The notes beneath the pieces are model-generated. The model ran no database searches, had not been told where the DNA came from, and saw only the letters and a program-made list of their open reading frames with translations. Positions 10,575 to 20,016 of a stretch of 32,000 nucleotides of DNA are shown one piece after another. The DNA is from an uncultured Lentisphaeria bacterium (GTDB lineage: Bacteria; Verrucomicrobiota; Lentisphaeria; JABSQK01; JAJFLO01). The DNA lies in NCBI GenBank assembly GCA_951812855.1, contig OX638337.1, forward strand, positions 150,001 through 182,000. Direction: 5' to 3'. A program made the translations under genes and the position numbers. The stretch's first letter is position 1. The number at the start of each line of letters is the position of its first letter.

Positions 10575-11972
10575 ATGAGTAAGACATTGCTTGATAAAAT
10601 ATGGGATGCCCATGCTGTTTGTGAATTATCCAGTGGACAAACGCAGTTGTTTATTGGCTTGCATTTAATTCATGAGGTAACAAGTCCACAGGCTTTTGCC
10701 ATGCTGCGGGAACTTGGATTGTCGGTAAAATATCCTGACCGAACATATGCAACCATAGATCATATCGTTCCGACACAGTCACAGCAGCGGCCGTTTGCAG
10801 ATGGTCTTGCTGAAGAAATGACACAGAGTTTAACCAAATCCTGTGAAGAATTCGGTATTACATTTTATGATCTGCGAAGTGGTCAGCAGGGCATTGTACA
10901 TGTAATTGGACCTGAAAAAGGGTTGACTCAACCCGGCATGACAATTGCCTGTGGCGACAGTCATACATCAACCCATGGTGCCTTTGGTACCATTGCGTTC
11001 GGTATTGGCACCAGCCAGATTCGAGATGTTCTGGCAACCCAGTGTCTGGCTATTTCCAAACCTGAAGTTCGTAAAATAGAAATTACCGGAAGTTTGTCCG
11101 AGGGGGTTTTTGCAAAGGATATAATTCTCGCAATTATTCATCACCTTGGTGTAAAAGGGGGTATTGGATATGCCTACGAATATTGCGGCTCTGCAATAGA
11201 AGCTCTGAATATGGAAGAACGATTAACAATATGTAATATGAGCATTGAAGGCGGTGCACGATGTGGGTATATCAACCCCGACGACGTTACCATTGATTAT
11301 TTGCGAAATAAAGAAATGTCACCGGCTGGCAGTGCATTTGATCGTGCTGAAACATATTGGAAGAGTGTTGCAAGCGATGATAATGCAAGTTTCGATGATG
11401 TATTTAAATTAGATGGAAAAGACATCGAACCCATGGTTACCTGGGGTATTACTCCAGGGCAGTCAGTACCCGTTAATCAGCCGATACCCTCGCCCTCTTC
11501 TGCACCTGGAGAAGAGCAGGAATCTTATCAGGAAGCTCTGGACTTTATGTCATTCAAAGGCGGTGAGTTGATTAAAGGTACTCCGATTGATGTTGCATTT
11601 ATTGGTTCCTGTACAAATGGCAGAATTTCAGATTTGCGTGAAGCTGCAAACATTGTTCAGGGCAACAGAGTTTCAAAGAATATTAAGGCATTGGTTGTTC
11701 CCGGTTCAATGGCGGTCGCTGCTCAAGCTAAACAAGAAGGACTGGACCAAATTTTCTCAGAGGCCGGATTTGAATGGCGTCAGGCAGGATGTTCAATGTG
11801 CCTGGCAATGAATCCGGATAAACTTAAAGGTCGGGAAATATGTGCATCGTCAAGTAATCGCAATTTCAAAGGCAGACAAGGCAGTCCAACCGGGAGGACT
11901 TTATTAATGAGTCCCTCAATGGTTGCCGCAGCCGCAATTGCCGGAGAAGTAACCGATATTCGTGAAATGTAA
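10575..11972 (+). CDS. leuC: 3-isopropylmalate dehydratase large subunit
   Basis: 465 aa. Aconitase-family motifs '[12 protein letters not shown]', '[12 protein letters not shown]' and 'CSMCLAMN' are present. An AGGAG Shine-Dalgarno sits 5 nt upstream. leuD follows. Confidence 0.9.
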   Translation: MSKTLLDKIWDAHAVCELSSGQTQLFIGLHLIHEVTSPQAFAMLRELGLSVKYPDRTYATIDHIVPTQSQQRPFADGLAEEMTQSLTKSCEEFGITFYDLRSGQQGIVHVIGPEKGLTQPGMTIACGDSHTSTHGAFGTIAFGIGTSQIRDVLATQCLAISKPEVRKIEITGSLSEGVFAKDIILAIIHHLGVKGGIGYAYEYCGSAIEALNMEERLTICNMSIEGGARCGYINPDDVTIDYLRNKEMSPAGSAFDRAETYWKSVASDDNASFDDVFKLDGKDIEPMVTWGITPGQSVPVNQPIPSPSSAPGEEQESYQEALDFMSFKGGELIKGTPIDVAFIGSCTNGRISDLREAANIVQGNRVSKNIKALVVPGSMAVAAQAKQEGLDQIFSEAGFEWRQAGCSMCLAMNPDKLKGREICASSSNRNFKGRQGSPTGRTLLMSPSMVAAAAIAGEVTDIREM

Positions 11973-12069
11973 ATAATCCACAGTTCACTATTAGAAGACA
12001 GTAAAAAATTTCAAATTTATTCAGATATAAATCATCAAACCCCGATAAAATATTATTAAGGATTTAGTT

Positions 12070-12672
12070 ATGGACGACGCAAAAAAGATCATAATCAGTG
12101 GACGCTCAGTTCCATTAAGAGGAAATGATATCGACACCGATCGAATTATTCCAGCCCGCTATTTGAGATGTGTTACTTTCGATGGACTTGGTGAACATGC
12201 TTTTGAAGATGATCGGGAACAGGATAACAATCACCCGTTTAATCAAAGCCGATATACTGGGGCGAGCATTTTGATTGCCGAAAAGAATTTCGGCTGTGGC
12301 TCATCACGTGAGCATGCTCCGCAATCATTGAACAAATGGGGAATTAATGGAATTATCGGTGAATCATTTGCGGAAATATTCTTTGCAAATTGTCAGGCTA
12401 TGGGAATCCCGTGTTTAACTGTTTCACATGAAGATTGCCAACAATTACTGAATGCATCTGAAGCGAATCCGGATGCAGAAGTCACCATGAATATCAGTGA
12501 TAAATCTGTCATGGTGGAAAACTTAAATATAAGTGCATCACTAAATGACGGATCACAGCAGGCTTTTTTAAAAGGAACATGGAATGCAACAGCGGTACTT
12601 TTACAGGCTGAAAATAAGATAAATAACACGGCATCATCATTACCCTATTTAGACAATTTTGCACATGCTTAA
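12070..12672 (+). CDS. leuD: 3-isopropylmalate dehydratase small subunit
   Basis: 200 aa. Contains 'NFGCGSSREHAP' (aconitase swivel domain). Located 97 nt downstream of leuC. Confidence 0.85.
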   Translation: MDDAKKIIISGRSVPLRGNDIDTDRIIPARYLRCVTFDGLGEHAFEDDREQDNNHPFNQSRYTGASILIAEKNFGCGSSREHAPQSLNKWGINGIIGESFAEIFFANCQAMGIPCLTVSHEDCQQLLNASEANPDAEVTMNISDKSVMVENLNISASLNDGSQQAFLKGTWNATAVLLQAENKINNTASSLPYLDNFAHA

Positions 12673-12797
12673 TGTCTGATTCAACTTCGAACAACCATGA
12701 ATAGCGTATGTGGTGACCTTATTTATTTCAGTTGGTTCCGGCAATAAAGCCGACGCTGTGTCGTCATCGCTGTGCTGATAAATCGTTTAAATCCTGT

Positions 12798-12829
12798 AAA
12801 AAAAAATAGAAACAAATTCATGTTTCTAT
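12798..12829 (-). terminator. orphan intrinsic-terminator-like hairpin (minus-strand sense)
   Basis: A perfect 9-bp stem ATAGAAACA / TGTTTCTAT (12806-12829, 6-nt loop). On the + strand it is preceded by an A9 run, which is a U-run after the hairpin only on the minus strand. No minus-strand gene reads into it. The stem is AT-rich. Confidence 0.25.
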
Positions 12830-12890
12830 TCGGACCCGCCCTGCCCTGACTCCGGTCCAAACGGAGCATTAACTCTTCGCCGGGTAACCA

Positions 12891-13109
12891 GTGAAACATT
12901 TAAAGGCGGGAGTTCTATATCGTCATTTGAGATGTCAAAAGAAACGCTGCCGCCTTTATGGAAGTGGCAAACGAATCATTATCTCCAACCGTGAATCGTA
13001 TCGCACCTCACAGGAAATCATTAATATGTTACGGAATTATTCTAAAAACGTATTGACCATTACCGCTGATAATGCATTGGAGTTTGCATGTCATCAATTG
13101 GTCAATTAA
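12891..13109 (+). pseudogene. IS30-family transposase remnant (internally deleted)
   Basis: The 72-aa ORF joins an IS30-like mid-region ('LYRHLRCQKKRCRLYGSGKR...ISNRES', compare IS30 'HLRR..RHGRR..RKGERG') directly to the '...TITADNALEFACH' block (compare 'TxDxGxEFAxH'). The segment carrying the first DDE aspartate (GxWEGD) is missing. Confidence 0.6.
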
Positions 13110-13151
13110 ATTAGTCTGTATAATTCCCCAAAAGAAGGTCTAAGGATAATA

Positions 13152-13625
13152 GTGGCAAATCTTTATCTCGAATTTGATCAAATTATACGTCGGTTTACGA
13201 ATGCAAACATTCGTTACGCTGTCGTTGGCGGACTTGCAGTTGGATTTTATGGGTATTTGCGGGCAACTGAAGATATTGACTTTATGGTTGATACCTCAGA
13301 TGTCAGTCAGGTCGCGGAAATTCTGGTTAATTTGGGATATAACGACAAAAAAGATCCCTGGCGTTTTAAGGACAACCAACTACAACTGCGACGGTTTATT
13401 AAACATGGAGATGATCCGGATAATATATCAGTAGTGGACGTATTGGAAGCCGCCACATCAGGAAACCTCAAGGTACTTGACAAGGCAGTTGATATTAAAT
13501 ATGCAGATATTTCAATTAAAGTTGTGACCGCATCAGATTTGATTCTTATGAAGAAACCCCAAAATTCAGACAAGGACAAGCTGGATATAGATTACTTGAA
13601 AGACCTGTTAAATGAGAAAAAATAA
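13152..13625 (+). CDS. small nucleotidyltransferase-fold (Pol-beta superfamily) protein
   Basis: 157 aa with a GTG start and an AAGGA Shine-Dalgarno 5 nt upstream. The motif 'VVGGLAVGFYGYLRATEDIDFMVD' is the GG...R.T.DxD minimal NTase signature. The exact family (DUF6036/MNT/AbiEii-like) cannot be resolved by eye. Confidence 0.5.
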   Translation: MANLYLEFDQIIRRFTNANIRYAVVGGLAVGFYGYLRATEDIDFMVDTSDVSQVAEILVNLGYNDKKDPWRFKDNQLQLRRFIKHGDDPDNISVVDVLEAATSGNLKVLDKAVDIKYADISIKVVTASDLILMKKPQNSDKDKLDIDYLKDLLNEKK

Positions 13626-13809
13626 CAGTAAAAATTTCGACGCAGAAAGAGTAATCAAGCGGATAAGTGATTTAAGACATCTTAGTCTTCAACTCGCAAA
13701 CGCAGGACTCAATGCAGAATTATTTAAGATAGATATTAGTAAGTATACGGGTCCTCTTCCTTCAGAGTATGAAATATTGAATCTGGCAAATCAGTCAAAA
13801 AGACTTTAA
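13612..13809 (+). CDS. hypothetical small protein (possible partner of the NTase)
   Basis: 65-aa ORF overlapping the NTase 3' end by 14 nt. No recognisable domain and only a weak RBS. Confidence 0.3.
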   Translation: MRKNNSKNFDAERVIKRISDLRHLSLQLANAGLNAELFKIDISKYTGPLPSEYEILNLANQSKRL

Positions 13810-13888
13810 AGTAAAGACCTTTCCCCGGCGTTCCTTTGTGGATTAGGTATAGATTTTCATTCTGGATAGAAAATTTTCTGAATTATTA

Positions 13889-16800
13889 TTAATTCGCCTC
13901 AGTAACGTTCCAGCCACCCCCAAGGGATTGATAGAGACGGACAAGCAAGCGATTGGCTGATTCGTGGGCAAGGATGATTTGTTTCTGTTTATCATGCATA
14001 TTCAATATTGCCTTAATCACATCGTGGTAATCCGACAGTCCATTCGCATATAGCGTCTCTGCAATTGTCACTGATTTGATGGCAGATGCAGCAGCAGCAT
14101 TTAATTGCGTTATTTGTTTTTGTTCGTTATCAAACGCAATTAAATTACTTTCAACTTCTTCTAATGCATGAAGAACGGTTTTCCTATAGGCAGTCATTTC
14201 CTCCCGCAGACGAAGTTTCTGTGCTCTGACTTCTTTTTTGATATAGAGACTGCTGAGAATCCGCCATTTAAAGGATGGACCGAAGCTGTACGTTTTACTT
14301 TCGTTTCGAGCCAGCTTGTTAAAGTAAGTTGAGTTCAGCCCCAAATTACCGTCTAATGTAAATTTAGGAAAATACTCGGTTCTGGCGATTTTTAAACGAG
14401 ATGCTTCGGCAGCAACACGGTGCTCTGATTTACGTATATCCGGCCTGCGTCTTAAAAGATCAGCAGGTATTCCTTCTGCTATATGTTGTTTTGGAGAGAG
14501 TAAGGAAATTTGATCCATCAGCATTGAATCCAATGCCCCTGAAACTTCGCCTGACAGAAGGCAGATACGATTGAGTGTTTGTTGTTTTTGTGTTTGGACT
14601 TGAATCAACTTAACCTGTTTAAGCAGCTGCTGTTCATTTACATCGTTAATATCCCGTTCATCAGCTGTTCCCGCATTGAATTTAGCCTTTACGAGACGGT
14701 AATTTTCCTGCAGAAGGTTAATGGTTGATTTTATTAATGACTCCTGTTCCTGCAAACTTCGATAGATAAAATATTGCTGTGCCAGATCTGCTGAAATCAT
14801 AACATGTAAATTATATAAATCTTCTGATGTCGCATGAAAATCATGTGTCGCAATATTAATGGATTCTTTAATTCGCCCCCAAAAATCCAATTCCCAGCTC
14901 GCATCCATGAACAAATCCCAGTTACTGATTGATTCAATCGTTTGAAAATTGTTCTTTATATTCTCTGAATACTGCTTTCGCCTGTAGTCACCTTCAATTT
15001 TTATAGATGGCAACCGGGTACTTTCTTCCCGTTCGATGAGCACTCTTGAACGTGCAACACGTTCCAGGCCAATCGCAATATCAAGATTCGTCAGTTTTGC
15101 CTTATTAATCAGATTTGTTAATATCGGGTCATTAAACTGATGCCACCACTGATCAAGATCACCGTCAGCAGGTGGTGAGTACGACGGTATGGACCATCTG
15201 TCAGGCAGTTTAAATTTATAATTATCGTCAATTTTATTATTTGATTTACATGATGAACCAATCACAATGATCCCCATAAGTATGAAAAGGGTTCCGGCAT
15301 TGCGGAAACGTTTTATGATTTGAGAAAATCCCATAAACAAACTCAGAAGTGCAGGGATTAATACCAGTGTAAAAACTGTAGACAACACCATGCCGCCGAC
15401 AATCACAGATCCTAACCCGCGATAGAGTTCAGAGCCGGATCCGGGAATCAGAACAAGCGGCATCATACCTCCTACAGATGTCAGCATGCTCATAAATATC
15501 GGACGAACGCGACTCTGTACCGCCAGTGCTATTGCTTTCCTCTCAGATAAAACAGGGCTTCTGTCATCGTTCTTTTCGTTATTCTTTAACAGATTGTTCG
15601 TTTGTGCAACAATTAATATTGCATTATTAACGACGACTCCGATTAATATAAAAAAGCCCAGAATAGTCAGCATATCCAGATTTTGAGTGGGGACATAGCG
15701 ATTAATTATACTCCAATGATGAAGAATGGCCAGGCCAATAAACCCGCCAAACGTAGCAAACGGGACACTGACCATAATAATCAAAGGCTGAATCCAGCTT
15801 TGAAACAAAATACACAACAATAGATAAACCGCAGCAATTGCCAGAAAAAATGAACTCTCAGCGAAACCGGAAATACTTCCGTCACCAAATAACGTTTTCC
15901 GAATATCCTGCAGTTTACCTGCTGTTCCCTGTATTTCTAAAAAAACTTTTGGAGAAATTACGCCTTTATCTCGAAGATCAGCGACAGTTTCTTCTATAGT
16001 TGCAACCGCCGCCTCAAGCGGAATTTCACCCGGGGGCGTTAATTCGAGAGAAACAGCTCGCTGCCTTTCAACCCGCTTGATTTGATCCGCTGCATCTGAC
16101 CATTGAAAACTCCCCAGACGTCTAAGAGAAACTATTTTTCCGTTTGAATTGACAACCGGTATATCAGGCAGTGTATTTAAGTGATCAAGGTCCTTACTGG
16201 TTTTTGCGATCAGTTTTAAATCAATTAAATCCCCCGAATAATCATAATCTCCTAAAATAATCCCGTCACTGACTCCCTGTACTGCCAGTCCAAAATCCTG
16301 AACTGACATGGCCATCTCTGAGAGATTAAAGTGATCAGGAATGATCTGAAGTTCACGGGAATTGACATTGAAATTTGCGGGGTCCGGTCGAAGTGTTCCT
16401 GGACCAAACTTCTCCATTAACGCCCCAAACAACGGGCTTGTTGACGAAGAGATTAAATCCAAATCGCTTCCAACCAGGTTGATTTTAATAGCCGAACCAG
16501 TTGAACCGCCAATTCGAAACAGTGGAAATTGGAATGCGAACGCATATGTTCCAGGCAGAACAGACGGCATAGTTGCTTTTTGAAACAGTGCTATATTGTC
16601 AATTGCTTTTTGAGAATCTTCACTGATTGCACCATGAAATAAAATACCATTCCGGGCAACAAGAAAATATTTCACTAAAGCAGCTGGCTCAACTGTCTCT
16701 CGAGTCTTACTGAATGGTATCTCTATAGGCTTTCGATCCGGGGTATCTTCCCAATAAGGTTGAATAGTATTTTCAACCCGCTGTCCTAATTCCTGTAATT

Positions 16801-18538
16801 GATCAAGATTATAGCCGGGTGGCGGCATCATTAAACCAAACGTAATATTTCGATTGCCTTTTGGTAAATAGTCCATTGGCGGAATCAACTTAATTGTTCC
16901 CAGAATTGTTATACCAATAAAGCACAACACAACCAGGACTTTTAAGACAAAACTGCCATTAATAAAGTAAATTAATCGATACATAAATGCATTTGTTGCG
17001 GTTCCTTTCTTCCGTATTCCATGCTTATGCAACAACGCTGCTCCGGCAGAAGGAATAACGGTAACAGCAACAAGATAACTGAATCCAACTGACGCAATAA
17101 TGGCGATAGCAATATCTTTAAATAACTGCCCAACCTGATCTGATATCATCAAAATCGGTATAAATACGACAATCGTTGTCAGTGTTGAAGCAAGAACCGC
17201 ACCGGCGACTTCTTTTGTTCCCTCATAAGCGGCCTGTAACCGTCCTCTGCCCATTTCAAGATGACTATAAATATTTTCGAGTACAACAATACAATTGTCG
17301 ACAACCATGCCAACAGCAAACGCCATTCCAGCTAAACTGACAACGTTAATGGAACGTCCCAGACTAACCATAATCACAATTGCACCTAAAACTGAAACCG
17401 GAATGGATAATGCTATAATCCCAACGGATCGGAATGAGCGTAAGAACAAAAGCAATACAACTATTGCCAGCGAACCGCCGATAAATATATTGTTTTGAAC
17501 AAGTTTAAGAGCTTGATTTATATAATTTGTGGAGCGATAAGAAAGTTCCATTTTAAGCCTGCTGGTTAATCCTAATTCCCGGGCATGCCCATCGAGTAAG
17601 CCTCCAGGTAAATGCAATTTGTCAATTTTAGCCTGAAGATTTTTCATTATTTCCAAAACATTACTTCCGGGTTCTCGTTGAAAGTTGAATGCAAGAACAG
17701 GGTTGCCATTTGCCCGGACAAATGAAGTTTGCTCCTTAAATGTTTCCTTGACCGCTGCCACATCAGCGACATAAACAATTCCGTTTGTATCCTGACGTAA
17801 AACCACATTCAATATTTGACTGACCGATGAGAACCGCCCAACCGTACGTATTCGAACATCGGTTTTTCCCTGTTTCAACGCTCCCCCGGAAATATTTAAA
17901 TTGGAACTTGTAAGAACATTCACAAAATCAGCAATCCGAATGCGATGCTGGGCAAGTTTCTCCGGGTCAAATTGTACCTGAACCTCGCGTTCTCTACCTC
18001 CGAGCACGTTTACTTCTGAAATACCCGGTACCCGTTCTAATTGGGGTTTGATTCGATCTTCAGCAAAATCAAGGAGAGTTTCAATTTCTAAAGACTTGTC
18101 CTCAGAGATCAGGATAAACCAGGCAATATAATCCTGACTCTCCGGGTCACTTGCTTCTATAACCGGTTCATCAACATTTTCGGGATAAGCAGGAACTTCA
18201 CGAAGTTTATCGCTAACCTCACGAAGTGCAGATTCTTTTTTAACTCCCGTAATAAATTCAAGTCGAATTTCCCCTCTTCCACGGCTGCTGATACTTGACA
18301 TACTCTTCAGGTTAGATAATCCCTGAAGTTTTTCTTCCTGGGGATCAATTATTTCGGATTCTATTTCATGAGGGCCGGCATTCTCCCAGTTGGTTGAAAC
18401 TGCAATGATGGTATCGTCAATTTCCGGCATCATTTGTACTGGAACAACCTTTAATGCAACAATACCCGCTAATAAACAAAATATAACTCCAACCGAAATT
18501 GTAATCGGTTGACGTGTTGATAAACGTATAATATCCAT
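13889..18538 (-). CDS. fused efflux RND permease (aa 1-~1068) plus NodT-family outer-membrane factor lipoprotein (aa ~1069-1549)
   Basis: A single uninterrupted 1549-aa ORF. The N-terminal ~1068 aa have AcrB/HAE-like 12-TM architecture. The junction reads '...LIPALLSLF-MGFSQIIKRFRNAGTLFILMGIIVIGSS-C-KSNN': a charged n-region, an h-region, and a lipobox-like GSS|C with the Cys codon at 15248-15250. The C-terminal 481 aa have OMF hallmarks ('WWHQFNDPILTNLI', C-terminal 'LYQSLGGGWN'). Confidence 0.8.
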   Translation of the reverse strand: MDIIRLSTRQPITISVGVIFCLLAGIVALKVVPVQMMPEIDDTIIAVSTNWENAGPHEIESEIIDPQEEKLQGLSNLKSMSSISSRGRGEIRLEFITGVKKESALREVSDKLREVPAYPENVDEPVIEASDPESQDYIAWFILISEDKSLEIETLLDFAEDRIKPQLERVPGISEVNVLGGREREVQVQFDPEKLAQHRIRIADFVNVLTSSNLNISGGALKQGKTDVRIRTVGRFSSVSQILNVVLRQDTNGIVYVADVAAVKETFKEQTSFVRANGNPVLAFNFQREPGSNVLEIMKNLQAKIDKLHLPGGLLDGHARELGLTSRLKMELSYRSTNYINQALKLVQNNIFIGGSLAIVVLLLFLRSFRSVGIIALSIPVSVLGAIVIMVSLGRSINVVSLAGMAFAVGMVVDNCIVVLENIYSHLEMGRGRLQAAYEGTKEVAGAVLASTLTTIVVFIPILMISDQVGQLFKDIAIAIIASVGFSYLVAVTVIPSAGAALLHKHGIRKKGTATNAFMYRLIYFINGSFVLKVLVVLCFIGITILGTIKLIPPMDYLPKGNRNITFGLMMPPPGYNLDQLQELGQRVENTIQPYWEDTPDRKPIEIPFSKTRETVEPAALVKYFLVARNGILFHGAISEDSQKAIDNIALFQKATMPSVLPGTYAFAFQFPLFRIGGSTGSAIKINLVGSDLDLISSSTSPLFGALMEKFGPGTLRPDPANFNVNSRELQIIPDHFNLSEMAMSVQDFGLAVQGVSDGIILGDYDYSGDLIDLKLIAKTSKDLDHLNTLPDIPVVNSNGKIVSLRRLGSFQWSDAADQIKRVERQRAVSLELTPPGEIPLEAAVATIEETVADLRDKGVISPKVFLEIQGTAGKLQDIRKTLFGDGSISGFAESSFFLAIAAVYLLLCILFQSWIQPLIIMVSVPFATFGGFIGLAILHHWSIINRYVPTQNLDMLTILGFFILIGVVVNNAILIVAQTNNLLKNNEKNDDRSPVLSERKAIALAVQSRVRPIFMSMLTSVGGMMPLVLIPGSGSELYRGLGSVIVGGMVLSTVFTLVLIPALLSLFMGFSQIIKRFRNAGTLFILMGIIVIGSSCKSNNKIDDNYKFKLPDRWSIPSYSPPADGDLDQWWHQFNDPILTNLINKAKLTNLDIAIGLERVARSRVLIEREESTRLPSIKIEGDYRRKQYSENIKNNFQTIESISNWDLFMDASWELDFWGRIKESINIATHDFHATSEDLYNLHVMISADLAQQYFIYRSLQEQESLIKSTINLLQENYRLVKAKFNAGTADERDINDVNEQQLLKQVKLIQVQTQKQQTLNRICLLSGEVSGALDSMLMDQISLLSPKQHIAEGIPADLLRRRPDIRKSEHRVAAEASRLKIARTEYFPKFTLDGNLGLNSTYFNKLARNESKTYSFGPSFKWRILSSLYIKKEVRAQKLRLREEMTAYRKTVLHALEEVESNLIAFDNEQKQITQLNAAAASAIKSVTIAETLYANGLSDYHDVIKAILNMHDKQKQIILAHESANRLLVRLYQSLGGGWNVTEAN

Positions 18539-18540
18539 GC

Positions 18541-19668
18541 TTATTCAGCTCCGGGAAGAAGGGAGACGGGCATCATTGGAAATAAACGTTCATTGCCTTC
18601 AGTAATAACACGGTCTCCGGCTTTTAAATCTGGACACTGTACTGCTGCTATTGCCCCAGTCCTGAAAAGAATCTGAACAGGTAGGGGAACAGCGTTTATC
18701 TCCTGCGGTGTAGACTGTGCTTTAAAAACAAAATAACCCGCTGCATTACGCATAATTGCATCATTGGGAACGAGCAAACGATCTGCGTAAATTCCATTCG
18801 GTACCGTTGCTGTAATTGACATACCGGGAATGAGACCATGCTTGTTATCGTCGTTTAATTCTGCAATGAGGGTATAATTCCGGGACTGTTCATTAACCCG
18901 GGGAATAATTCGGATACCTTTTACAGACAGTTGAAAATTATGTGCTTGTATGGAAATATGTTCCGGTTTTAAATATTCTGTTTGAATCGTCTCAGAAATA
19001 TTAAGCCAGGCTTCTAATCTTTCACTGCTCTGTAATCGAACAAGATTTCCTCCGGAACTGACCCGACTTCCCCTTCCCAGGTATTTTTCGGTAATAATCC
19101 CTGTAAAAGGTGCCTTTATTTCTGTATCGGTCAATGATGTTTTTATGCGGCCGAGTTGTTCTTTTAAAGTAACCAGATTTGCCTGTAAAATTGAAATCTC
19201 TCCGGCTGCTTTGACGGTTAATAATTTTGCCTGACGTAATTGTTGCTGACTGACAGACCCATTAAAACTCTTCTCTGCATCCAGTAATGAATGGTAGTCT
19301 TGTTCATGAATTTCAAGCTCGTTATAAAATCGGGCGATTCCAGATTCCGTTTCCTTTATCTGAGCATGTGTCACATTTATATCATGGACAATCCGGCGAC
19401 TGTCTAATTTTGCAATTACATCTCCTTTTTTTATATGCATACCTTCAGTTACAGAAAACTCATCAATACGTCCATTTTCCAGCGAAGCAATATCCGATTC
19501 TAAACCAGCACGCAGAGAACCGGTAACAATCTTCAAATCTGCAATGGTTTCATATTTCACAACGGCTGTACGCACCGGGCTTGGACCCTGCCCCCAGACT
19601 ACACTGGCTGACAACGCTATAACCAAATAAAAATAATTCATGTTATTCATAACAGATTTCATCACCAA
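18541..19668 (-). CDS. efflux RND periplasmic adaptor (membrane fusion protein, HlyD/AcrA family)
   Basis: 375 aa with a signal/anchor N-terminus, lipoyl-like and coiled-coil hairpin segments, and a beta-barrel C-terminus. Its stop lies 2 nt before the RND ATG. Confidence 0.85.
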   Translation of the reverse strand: MVMKSVMNNMNYFYLVIALSASVVWGQGPSPVRTAVVKYETIADLKIVTGSLRAGLESDIASLENGRIDEFSVTEGMHIKKGDVIAKLDSRRIVHDINVTHAQIKETESGIARFYNELEIHEQDYHSLLDAEKSFNGSVSQQQLRQAKLLTVKAAGEISILQANLVTLKEQLGRIKTSLTDTEIKAPFTGIITEKYLGRGSRVSSGGNLVRLQSSERLEAWLNISETIQTEYLKPEHISIQAHNFQLSVKGIRIIPRVNEQSRNYTLIAELNDDNKHGLIPGMSITATVPNGIYADRLLVPNDAIMRNAAGYFVFKAQSTPQEINAVPLPVQILFRTGAIAAVQCPDLKAGDRVITEGNERLFPMMPVSLLPGAE

Positions 19669-20016
19669 TAAAATACTGACAGTTTAATCTGATCTCCCCG
19701 AACAGTTAACTCTCTAACCGGCTGGTATTACAGAGGAAACTAAAGTAGAGCGGGAGAGCTTTAAATCAAATCATATAAACCCATTATTTGATTGGAAGAA
19801 GCAAAGAAGATAGAGTCATTCTCAGCTTCCTCAACAATGCATAGCGTATTCATATTTGTTATGAAAAAATCCGTTTTCCAACTAATTTGTCAAATGATTC
19901 GCTTATAATTGAAATACAAAAAAACTATTGAACCTTTATGATCATGTATATAGTTTGAAAACTTATTTTTATACTCGATTTCTTTAGTGAATAAAACTGC
20001 GGATTTTAAGGAGAAT

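Noticed and set aside
12703-12711. The 9-mer ATAGCGTAT shared between 12703 and about 19841.
   Set aside because: A 9-nt match between two sites in 32 kb of AT-rich DNA is within chance expectation, and the flanks do not align.
12798-12829. The hairpin as the leuD transcription terminator.
   Set aside because: On the + strand the homopolymer is an A-run before the stem, not a U-run after it. It could terminate only minus-strand transcripts, and none is evident. It is kept as a low-confidence orphan feature.
13612-13809. Calling the 65-aa ORF a HEPN toxin because of 'RISDLRH' (Rx5H).
   Set aside because: HEPN domains are at least about 110 aa, with the Rx4-6H motif toward the C-terminal helix. 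A 65-aa protein with the string at residues 18-24 does not fit.
19987-20016. GTG 19987 as the start of the M14 peptidase, and ATG 23116 as the start of the secreted protein.
   Set aside because: The downstream in-frame ATGs (20017 and 23149) each have an AAGGAG Shine-Dalgarno at appropriate distance. The upstream starts have none, and 23116 would bury the signal peptide.
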